Shown: piece after piece, positions 45,267 through 52,890 of the stretch | Layout: each line of letters opens with the position of its first letter | Numbering within the stretch: the stretch's first letter is position 1 | Origin: Pseudomonadota bacterium | GTDB lineage: Bacteria; Bdellovibrionota_B; Oligoflexia; Oligoflexales; CAIYRB01 | Reading direction: 5' to 3' | Assembly: GCA_031416315.1 (NCBI GenBank) | Contig: JANOTL010000109.1 | Location: 64,001 to 128,000, forward strand | Length of the DNA: 64,000 bases | Notes under the pieces: model-generated | What the model saw: only the letters and a program-made list of their open reading frames with translations | Database searches by the model: none | What the model was told of the DNA's origin: nothing | Made by a program: the position numbers and the translations under genes

Positions 45267-47474
45267 TTAGGCGACGGCGCGCGGAGTTTTCGGCGTGTCG
45301 TCGAGGAGACCCTCGTCTTTGAGACGAAGAAGGTAGGTCGAGATTTGGCGTTGGAGCGCGAGCGACTGCTTCTCGTTCCGCTTCTTGTAGAAGGTCTTGG
45401 CGTCGAGGAGCTTGAGCTCGTCCACGACGGTCGCGGCTTTGACCTCGGGCAGGGCCTTGATCACCGCTTGGCGCACGGGCTCTGCGGCGGCGAAGATCAG
45501 CATGGCGATCTGCTCGTTGGCGCGCTCGCCGAAGATCTCCATGAGCATCTCCTTCGGCAGGTTCTGGACCGCGTCGAAGGCGACGTAGTGCTTGGCGAAG
45601 TCTTTGCGCACGTCGTCTTTGCGCCCGATCTCGTCGAGGAGAAGCTTCTGGTCCTCGTCGCCGAGGGACTCGGCGAGACGGCCGAGATAGCGCGCGCCGT
45701 CGACGAGGCCGCCAGTCTCCTTGGTCGCCTCCGCCTTGGCCTTGAGCTTCGGCAGCTCCGCGAAGAGCTTCTCGAGATCCGCAGGCGTCGCGGCGCCGAG
45801 CTCGACCACCGCGGTCATGAGCGCCTTCTTCATGGTCTCGTCGCCCGAGGCCTCGACCATCTTCTTCACGCGCACGGGCGAGAAGCAGGCGAGAAACGCA
45901 GGACGCAAGGGCTTAGCGAGCTCGCTGGTGATGCGGGCCAGCTCGGCGTTGCCGAGGCGCGCGAGCCAGGCGACGTCGGTGAGCTTTAGGATCGGCGAGC
46001 CGCCGAACTCCTCGACCGCGATGCGGCCGTAGAACTCCTGGAGCGCCGCGTTGCGCGAAGCCTTCGCTTCTTGAATGGCGCCCGGACGCGCCAGGTGGCG
46101 CTTCAGCCGCTCCATGTGCGCAGCGGTCAGACCTTTTACGAGCTCGGCCGTGGCTTCTCGGGAAAGCGCCAATAGCAGCGCCGAAGCTAGAGGCAAGGAC
46201 TGATCGGAGTCGACCAGGTCCTGCATTTCCCGATACAGAGCAAAGCTCCGCTCTTTCGCCAGAATCTCGATCTTGTCCTGCACGGCGACGAGAAATTCCT
46301 CGAGGCGCGCGCGCTCGCCTTCATCCGTTGGCATCGAGTTGCCCGCGGCTCCGCCGGCTCCGTGCCCTTGCCCTTGCCCGGCCTCGCCCTTGGACTCCTC
46401 GTCCCGGTGCCCTTCCGCCGCCGCCTTCAGCCTGTCCGCCCTCGCCGCTTTTTCCATTTCACGCTGCGCCTCGACGTGCGCGGTCGCAGCCTCTTTCATG
46501 CCGCTACCGATGCTGGCGAAGCCGCCGGCCAAGGCCGTCATGCCCTTTTTGAACGCGCCCGAGCCCATGACCAAGCCGAGGATCACGGCGACCGCGAGAA
46601 TGATGCCGAAGAGGAGGACTTGGATCTTGGCGAGGCCGCCCAGGGCGCCCCCGTCGTCCTTCGCCGCCCCGGCGCCGGCTTCGGTCGCGGCCGACGCGGA
46701 GCCCGAGCCTGAGCCGCTCTCGGCCCTCTTCCTTTCTTCCGCTACGGCGGCCTCGACGGCCAGAAGTTTCGTCTCGAGCTCGCGCACCTTGGCTTCGCGC
46801 GTCGATAGCTCACGGGTCTGCTCGAGGCGGTTGCGCTGGATCTCGAGGTCCCTTTTGGCGACCTCGAGCTTCATCCGCTCTGACTCGAGGTCGAACTTCG
46901 CCTTGTCGCTGCTTGCGCCGTTCAAGGCCGCGGCCTGCGCGCGCTGCGCCTCGCTGCGAAGCTGGTCGGGGATCGACTCGGTGACCAAAGTCTCCGTGCG
47001 GACCGTCAGGGTGCGCGAGGCGCCGTCGACGGCGAGCTTCTTGCCGACGGCCTGCTCGAGGATCTTGCGCTTCGCCTCAGGGATCCTCCGGTCGAAGGTG
47101 ATCTCGGCGCGGATGGCCTTGATCTTGCGGCGGACGACGCCCGCGGAGCCCTCGGCCATGCTCGAAAGCTTTGCCGGGTCGACCTTCAGCGTCAGGTAGG
47201 GAAGGCTCGCGGAGCCGCCGCCCGCGCTCTCGCCGGCTGCGACGGTGCCTTCGTCGAGCTCGACGTCGGCGACGACGAAAAACTCCTCGGGCGCCAACTG
47301 GCCGCGCAGGAGCGTCGTGATCTCGCTCTCGATCTGCCTTTGTCCGGCGAGCCGCTCGGCCGGATCCACGTCCGCACGCGCCGCGCTCGTCGCGAGGAGC
47401 GCGACGATGACGGCGATCGCTGCGAGGCGCAGCGCAACCAACGGCGACGTTGGCGTGGAGTATGGGAAGCGCAA
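45267..47474 (-). CDS. FliF(RBM3)-like / coiled-coil / TM / FliG-like fusion protein
   Basis: Signal peptide (..TSAARA-D); QIESEITTLLRGQLAPEEFFVVADVELD and IKAIRAEITFD..ILEQAVGKKLAVD..TLTV resemble the two halves of FliF RBM3; one TM; C-terminus GARYLGRL..YVAFDAVQNL..IAMLIF..VVDEL..QRQI..LLRLKDEG aligns by eye with FliG-C. TTG 47474 start chosen (GGAG RBS); ORF is open to 47543. Confidence 0.8.
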   Translation of the reverse strand: MRFPYSTPTSPLVALRLAAIAVIVALLATSAARADVDPAERLAGQRQIESEITTLLRGQLAPEEFFVVADVELDEGTVAAGESAGGGSASLPYLTLKVDPAKLSSMAEGSAGVVRRKIKAIRAEITFDRRIPEAKRKILEQAVGKKLAVDGASRTLTVRTETLVTESIPDQLRSEAQRAQAAALNGASSDKAKFDLESERMKLEVAKRDLEIQRNRLEQTRELSTREAKVRELETKLLAVEAAVAEERKRAESGSGSGSASAATEAGAGAAKDDGGALGGLAKIQVLLFGIILAVAVILGLVMGSGAFKKGMTALAGGFASIGSGMKEAATAHVEAQREMEKAARADRLKAAAEGHRDEESKGEAGQGQGHGAGGAAGNSMPTDEGERARLEEFLVAVQDKIEILAKERSFALYREMQDLVDSDQSLPLASALLLALSREATAELVKGLTAAHMERLKRHLARPGAIQEAKASRNAALQEFYGRIAVEEFGGSPILKLTDVAWLARLGNAELARITSELAKPLRPAFLACFSPVRVKKMVEASGDETMKKALMTAVVELGAATPADLEKLFAELPKLKAKAEATKETGGLVDGARYLGRLAESLGDEDQKLLLDEIGRKDDVRKDFAKHYVAFDAVQNLPKEMLMEIFGERANEQIAMLIFAAAEPVRQAVIKALPEVKAATVVDELKLLDAKTFYKKRNEKQSLALQRQISTYLLRLKDEGLLDDTPKTPRAVA

Positions 47475-47523
47475 GGGGAGGGACTCCGGGCGGCGGACGC
47501 CGCACGTATGGGGGCTTAGTCTT

Positions 47524-47553
47524 ACGATAATAAACCCAGCCACATGTCGTCAA
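47524..47553 (-). promoter_or_regulatory. Putative internal sigma-70 promoter for rotor-fusion/motAB
   Basis: TTGACG-N18-TATCGT (or N15-TATTAT) in an AT-rich gap. Confidence 0.45.
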
Positions 47554-47563
47554 CTAACTGTAA

Positions 47564-48379
47564 CTAATGGGTATTTTTTGCCGGGTCGGCGACGGCGGCC
47601 GTGGCTTTGGCGGGAACGAGGAGAACGTAGAAGCTGCCGACCTTTTCCGGGCCCTTGCCGTCGCCTCGATCGATGGCGACGCTGTAGGCGCCCTCGGCAT
47701 AGACGGGCGCGACGAAGTGCGTGCCGGTCGCCAAGCCGACCAAAGGCAGGCGCTCGCCGGTGCTTTCGACGCCTAGATGGATCTTGTACTTCTCCTTGGC
47801 TTTCGTCGGCGGGAACCAAAGGATGGGGAGCGCGACCGGGAACTTGTCGGTGATGACGATGGCACCCTTCTTCGGGTGCAGGATCGTCGTCGCGATCGGC
47901 GCCATCGAAGGCAGGTCTTTGCCGCTCCCGCCTTCGGGCTTGGGCTCTTTCGGCGGCTTTTTGTCGGCTTTGGCGGTGAGGTAGATGGCGTTGATGCGCT
48001 CCCATGCGCTTTTGAACGCGACGCCGACCGTCGGCGACGCCTTTGCGCCCTGCGCCAGGCCGTCGGCGTAAACGCTGGTGAGATCGACCTCGCGTAGGAC
48101 GTCGACGGTGAGGCGGCAAATCAGGCTGGAATCGGCGTTTAGACTCATCTCGCGAACGTTGCGGCCGGGTTCTTTGCGGGCCAGGAGGAGGCTGCCGCTG
48201 GTGAGCGTCTGCACCAGGCTGTCCTCCGGGAGGTCGACGCCGGGCTTCAATTTCAGCCATTCCGCGGCGCGGTCGCTCCAGACGGCGAAGTTGCCGTCGA
48301 TGGCCAACACCTCGAAGGTGACGGCCGCGCGCGCCGGGCTCGCGGCGAAGAGGCAGAGGAGAAAGAGGACGCGGATCAT
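47564..48379 (-). CDS. Secreted protein with FecR-like N-terminal domain
   Basis: Signal peptide ending ARA; VLAIDGNFAV..WLKLKPGVDLPEDSLVQT..GSLLL is a FecR-type pattern; beta-rich C-terminus. Confidence 0.6.
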   Translation of the reverse strand: MIRVLFLLCLFAASPARAAVTFEVLAIDGNFAVWSDRAAEWLKLKPGVDLPEDSLVQTLTSGSLLLARKEPGRNVREMSLNADSSLICRLTVDVLREVDLTSVYADGLAQGAKASPTVGVAFKSAWERINAIYLTAKADKKPPKEPKPEGGSGKDLPSMAPIATTILHPKKGAIVITDKFPVALPILWFPPTKAKEKYKIHLGVESTGERLPLVGLATGTHFVAPVYAEGAYSVAIDRGDGKGPEKVGSFYVLLVPAKATAAVADPAKNTH

Positions 48380-50262
48380 GCGGCCGCCGCCGGCGTCTCG
48401 TCTTCGCCGTCCGGCTTCGCCTCGGGGCTTGCCGACGCGACGCGACGCTCGAGGAGCAGGATGCAGAGGTCGTCTCCTGCCGGCGCGCCGCTCAGGTAGC
48501 TCGTCCAGCTGGAAACGATCGCATCGAGGACCTGCTCGCCGTCACGGCTCGCGCCTTCAGTGAACATCCGCCGCAAGCGGCGGCTGCCGTAGATGCTGCC
48601 GCCGCCGGTCGGGCGGCCTTCGATCAGGCCGTCGGTGTAGAGGAGGAGACGAAACGATGCCGGCACCTTGATGGTCGCGACGCCGAACTTGGGCTCCGCC
48701 TCGACGCCGAGCGGCATCGAGCGCAGCTTCACGAGCTCCACCGAAGCTTCGACGCCGTGGCCCGATTCCAGCAAGGGGAAAGGATGGCCGGCGTTGGTGA
48801 CGACGAGGACGTTCTCCGCCTTGCGCCAAGTGATGATCTGCATCGTGACGTGAATCTTGTCGAGCGCGAGGTTGCGCAGGCGATCGTTGACGGAGCTCAT
48901 GAGCTCGATGGGCGCGATACCAACGGTCTCGACGCGCTCGTCGAAGAGGGCCGCGATGATGGCGGTGAACATCGAGGAGCCGACACCGTGGCCTGAGACG
49001 TCGGCGATCGCGACCGTGACGTCGCCCGAGGCCTCGTCGAAGTGGCAAGCGTACCAGTCGCCGGCGCATTCGTCGGCGGCTTGGTACCGCATCATGATCT
49101 TCAGCTCGGGATGGTCCGCGGGCAGGTTGGGGACGCGCAGGAAGGTGTCCTGCAGGCTCTTTGCGATGGCGAGCTCGTTCGCCATGCGGAGCTTTGCCAT
49201 GCGGTCCTCCATCAACTTGCCGATCGCCTGGTCGCGGGAGGTCAGGCGTTGCGCCATCGTGCGGAAGGATTCGACGAGCGGGCCGAGCTCGCCGAAGCCT
49301 TTGTTGCGCGGCAAGCGTGAAAAGTCGCCGCGGCCGATGTGGACGGCCAGCTGCGACAGCTCGCGGATCGGGTGGAGGAGCATCGTGGCTGGCAGGGCGA
49401 CGAGGGTCACGGCGCTGACGAGGAGGCCGAAGAGGATGAGAGAGAAACGCTTGCCGAGCTCCCAGACGACACCCAGGGCCTTGGCCTTGGAGGTTTCGGC
49501 GAAGAGCACCAAATTCGTCCCCGAAATTTCCAGGTAGAAGCCGTAGACCGGCCCAGCCTGGCCGCCCGGGATCTCGATCTGCGAGTTGGTGAGGTTCCGC
49601 TTCACGAAAGCCGCGACCAGCGGGCGCTGGGCGAACGTGGATTGGTTGATCTCGGGGGTGTTAGAATGAATGAGCAGCCCTGCGTGCGTCACCAGATAGA
49701 ACTTCGAATGAGCGGCGCTGATCGCGCTGCCGCCCACCGCTCCCTTCTTGGTCATCCATCCGCCCACGTCCTCCTGCCAGAGGTAGAGCTTCTTGCCACT
49801 CAGAAAGGCTACGAAGGATTGATCGCCGTATCGAACGATCGTCCAGGTGTCGGGCCGCGGCGAAAGCTTCAGGCCGAGCTCGAACCACCTGAGTTTTTTC
49901 GGCAGGCTCCCGGCCTCGCGCTCGATCGGCGAAGTCGGTGTGGCGCCGAGCTTGTAGGTCGCGGTCGCGCCGCCGGTCGGGCCTTGATCGAGGCGCGGCA
50001 CGCAGCTCTCGGCGAGGCGTGTGCGCGCGGCGTTCGCCTGGCGCTCGAGGTCGAGGTAGAGAATCGCCCAGGTGTCGCGCAGCTTGTTCGCGTAGAGGAT
50101 CTCGAAAGCGGCGACGCCGGCGAGCGTGCCGGCGACGACAACGGCGACGGCGACCACCGCCACGATCAAGCGCGTGAGCGTCCAGAAAGCCACGAAACGC
50201 GTCTTCAAACGCGCGACGAGCTTTTTCTTGGGCGTTCCGGGTTTGAGCGCGGGAGTGCTCAC
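48376..50262 (-). CDS. Membrane SpoIIE/PP2C Ser/Thr phosphatase with periplasmic sensor and HAMP
   Basis: Two TMs; HAMP (ELGPLVESFRTM); AGDWY; IADVSGHG; NAGHP; YTDGLIE; DDLC. Confidence 0.93.
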   Translation of the reverse strand: MSTPALKPGTPKKKLVARLKTRFVAFWTLTRLIVAVVAVAVVVAGTLAGVAAFEILYANKLRDTWAILYLDLERQANAARTRLAESCVPRLDQGPTGGATATYKLGATPTSPIEREAGSLPKKLRWFELGLKLSPRPDTWTIVRYGDQSFVAFLSGKKLYLWQEDVGGWMTKKGAVGGSAISAAHSKFYLVTHAGLLIHSNTPEINQSTFAQRPLVAAFVKRNLTNSQIEIPGGQAGPVYGFYLEISGTNLVLFAETSKAKALGVVWELGKRFSLILFGLLVSAVTLVALPATMLLHPIRELSQLAVHIGRGDFSRLPRNKGFGELGPLVESFRTMAQRLTSRDQAIGKLMEDRMAKLRMANELAIAKSLQDTFLRVPNLPADHPELKIMMRYQAADECAGDWYACHFDEASGDVTVAIADVSGHGVGSSMFTAIIAALFDERVETVGIAPIELMSSVNDRLRNLALDKIHVTMQIITWRKAENVLVVTNAGHPFPLLESGHGVEASVELVKLRSMPLGVEAEPKFGVATIKVPASFRLLLYTDGLIEGRPTGGGSIYGSRRLRRMFTEGASRDGEQVLDAIVSSWTSYLSGAPAGDDLCILLLERRVASASPEAKPDGEDETPAAAA

Positions 50263-50267
50263 TCGAT

Positions 50268-50522
50268 TCAGTCTTCAGCGTCCGTGGCGAACGTTTGGTC
50301 CAGATCTTTGTGCAGCTCGCGCAGAAGCCTTTGCTTCGCGACGATGCGCGCGAGCTGGCGGTGCGTCGTCAGGCGCGCGGCTACGTTCGGCGGCATCGGC
50401 GCTTTCTCGGCACGGAGCTCGTCCAAAAGACGGGCGGCGACGAGGCATTCCTCGCGCAGCGACTCGACACGGGCGCGCAGCGCGCGCTGGGGGGAGACCT
50501 TGCGGCTGATCAATTTGAGCAT
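50268..50522 (-). CDS. Small basic helical hypothetical protein
   Basis: 84 aa from ATG 50522 with AGGA upstream; ends 5 nt before the phosphatase start. Confidence 0.55.
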   Translation of the reverse strand: MLKLISRKVSPQRALRARVESLREECLVAARLLDELRAEKAPMPPNVAARLTTHRQLARIVAKQRLLRELHKDLDQTFATDAED

Positions 50523-50667
50523 GGCGTTTCGTCCTATGAAACTTCGGCCTGGCAGTCCTTGCCCGGCAGCTTCGTTTCGGCACGATCTGCACGGCGGTTG
50601 ATTCGACTCGGAAAATTGTGGCTTGGCGCGTGCGGCAAAGGTCGCGGAAAAGGCGAAGGAGAACGCG

Positions 50668-51069
50668 GTGAAAGACGACAAGGACGCGGTCACGCGGATG
50701 TTCGGCAGCGAGCGCGTGAAGGGCCTGGGGTTCAGGCGCATCAAGCCCGATCTGAGCTTTGGCGTGTCGAAGCTGACCGACGTTTCGAGCTGGTTCGGAA
50801 GTGCCGCGATGCCGGCGCCGCCGGAGCCTTCGGGCGCGACGAGCGACGCGTCTGCGGACGCTCAGGGCGACGCCGGCAGCGGCGTGAGCTTCGGCCTCAC
50901 CGCCTGGCGCGACGCGCTCTCTTCCGCGGATCGTGACCTCGCCGACGCGATCGGACTGGCGCTCGGCGCGCTCGACGACGCGGAGCGCGAGCTGCTCTTC
51001 TCCGGCTGCGAGCCGGACGAGCGCCGGACCCTCGAGGCTTGCTTCAGCTTGGCCGAGGCGAAGCCGTGA
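50668..51069 (+). CDS. Hypothetical protein with weak FliG-ARM-like C-terminus
   Basis: AAGGAG RBS; GTGA overlap with the next gene; IGLALGALDDAERELLFSGCEPDERRTLE. Confidence 0.6.
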   Translation: MKDDKDAVTRMFGSERVKGLGFRRIKPDLSFGVSKLTDVSSWFGSAAMPAPPEPSGATSDASADAQGDAGSGVSFGLTAWRDALSSADRDLADAIGLALGALDDAERELLFSGCEPDERRTLEACFSLAEAKP

Positions 51070-51602
51070 GCCTCCGCGCCGCCTTCGCTTTGAGCTTGGT
51101 CGTCTTGGGCTGTCGGACATCCGGGACGCTGGACGCACCGGTGCCGACGACGGCCGTGAGCCTGGGCCAGGACCTGAAGCCGGCGGCGCGCCTGGGACGC
51201 CTCCCGATCCCGGTCGACACCGACGACGTGATGCAACGTTATGCGTTGCAGCCCATCGGCGCCGCCACCGAATATCTGATCGTCGTCACGCCGGACAAGG
51301 TCGACGGCAAGATCACCGTACCGCTCGGCAACGGAAGTAGCAGCGCGGACGCCGCCGTCGTCTACAACGAGTATCTGAACCAGCTGCTGCGCGCGCATCG
51401 TCATCTTCTGCGCGGCGAGGTGCGCGACGCCATGGTCGTGCTCGACCGGCTCGACGAGCGCTTCGATCAGAGTTACGGCGGCCTCGTCCTGCGCGGAAAC
51501 CTGCATTACCTCCTCGGGAACGCCGGCGAGGCCGCGCGGCAGTTCGAGCTGGCGCGACGGATCTTCCCGGGCGCGAAGGCGCTCGAGGGGGTGAAGAGAT
51601 GA
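51066..51602 (+). CDS. TPR-containing lipoprotein
   Basis: Lipobox VLGC; TPR-like LRGNLHYLLGNAGEAARQFELARRIFP. Confidence 0.8.
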   Translation: MSLRAAFALSLVVLGCRTSGTLDAPVPTTAVSLGQDLKPAARLGRLPIPVDTDDVMQRYALQPIGAATEYLIVVTPDKVDGKITVPLGNGSSSADAAVVYNEYLNQLLRAHRHLLRGEVRDAMVVLDRLDERFDQSYGGLVLRGNLHYLLGNAGEAARQFELARRIFPGAKALEGVKR

Positions 51603-52207
51603 GGGCTTTTTTCGCGGGACTATTGCTGCTCGCAGGCTGCTCCACCAGCTACGACATCCGCACCAAGCCGGACGGGGTGAAGCTCTACGTCGGCGACAAG
51701 CAGATGGGGACGACGCCCTTTGCCCTGAGCTCCGGCGACGCGCCGAAGTCCGAGGCCGGCGGCGTCCTGGCGCGCCTCGAGATCGAGGGCTACCAGCGCG
51801 TCTTCGTGTGGCTGCCCGACGACGGCAAGCGCTACGACCTCACGTTCAACATGACGCCGTTCTTCCGCCGGGCGCGCGACGAGTCGGTGGTCGGCGATCT
51901 CGAGATCGATCGCATCGACCTCTACCGACTGAGCGAGCGGCTCCTCGACCTGCAGACGGATCTTCTCGCTGGGACGCAAACGGCGAAAAACCCGGCGGCT
52001 GAGGAGTTGAAGCGCCTCATCGACGCGAACCCGACGATGGGGTCGATGCATTTTCTGGAGGCGCTCAGGCTCTTGCGCGAAGGCAAGAAGGACGAGGGCA
52101 AGCTGGTCCTGAAGACGGCCCTGCGCTTCGCGCCGAGCGAGTTCGACTTCCTATCCTTGATGAACGAGCTCGGAGGCGACGCGAATGCGGCTAAGCCTAC
52201 GCCTTAG
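51599..52207 (+). CDS. PEGA-domain lipoprotein with C-terminal TPR-like helices
   Basis: Lipobox LAGC; YDIRTKPDGVKLYVGDKQMGTTP...EGY is a PEGA pattern. Confidence 0.82.
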   Translation: MRAFFAGLLLLAGCSTSYDIRTKPDGVKLYVGDKQMGTTPFALSSGDAPKSEAGGVLARLEIEGYQRVFVWLPDDGKRYDLTFNMTPFFRRARDESVVGDLEIDRIDLYRLSERLLDLQTDLLAGTQTAKNPAAEELKRLIDANPTMGSMHFLEALRLLREGKKDEGKLVLKTALRFAPSEFDFLSLMNELGGDANAAKPTP

Positions 52208-52829
52208 CGCGGTCCTCGCGGCCGGCGCGGCGGCTTTGGTCGCGGGCGCCCCGGCCCTGTCCTTGCCGAACCAAGAGATCACCGTCGGGGTTCCGTCCGG
52301 GAACTACACGAAGACGACGATCTCGGAGGTGTATAAGGGCACGGCGCCTTACGGCTTCGCGACGGAGTACGGGATCTTCCTCGACCCTAAGCTCGCGATC
52401 GCCGGGCAATTCGAGCTCAACCTGGAGCCGACGAAGCAGAGCGCCGTCCTCCTCGGCGGCGCTGCCGGTTTGAAGTACTACGTGGTCGGCGGCGACAACC
52501 GCATCCTCTCCGACACGTACGTGAAGGGCGTCGGGCGGCCGAAGCTGAATGCGTTCCTGGTGGTCGGCTTCGGCGGCAAGCAGTACGACTTCAGCGTCCC
52601 GGAGAAGGTGGAGGACGACAAGAAGGCCGGATCCATCTTCGAGAAAGACGGCAAGGATCTGGCGAAGGGCTCGGTCGTCGGCCTGTCGGTCGGGCTCGGG
52701 GCGCAGTATCCGATCTTCTTCGATCTGCAGCCTGGATTTCGGGTGCAGATGTTCAAGTCGTTTTCCGCGGAGAATCAGCCGGATATTACGGTGATGGCGG
52801 TGTGGTTGTCGTGTGGGTTTGGGCTTTAG
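52185..52829 (+). CDS. Small outer-membrane beta-barrel protein
   Basis: Signal peptide; amphipathic strands (GLKYY, FLVVGFG, LSVGLGAQY, LSCGFGL end). Confidence 0.7.
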   Translation: MRLSLRLSAVLAAGAAALVAGAPALSLPNQEITVGVPSGNYTKTTISEVYKGTAPYGFATEYGIFLDPKLAIAGQFELNLEPTKQSAVLLGGAAGLKYYVVGGDNRILSDTYVKGVGRPKLNAFLVVGFGGKQYDFSVPEKVEDDKKAGSIFEKDGKDLAKGSVVGLSVGLGAQYPIFFDLQPGFRVQMFKSFSAENQPDITVMAVWLSCGFGL

Positions 52830-52890
52830 AGGGAGTCTAAAAAGGCGCGGGACCGTAAACCTACGTCCCGCGCCTTTTTAGACACCCTCT
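52828..52890. terminator. Bidirectional intrinsic terminator between convergent operons
   Basis: 26-nt inverted arms AGAGGGaGTCTAAAAAGGCGCGGGAC / GTCCCGCGCCTTTTTAGACaCCCTCT (one mismatch) with A5/T5 tracts and an 11-nt loop. Confidence 0.9.

Noticed and set aside
43356..47474. Ordinary flagellar gene cluster
   Set aside because: No export apparatus, rod, hook, switch or chemotaxis genes in the window, and the rotor-like gene is a non-canonical fusion. A flagellar role in trans cannot be excluded.
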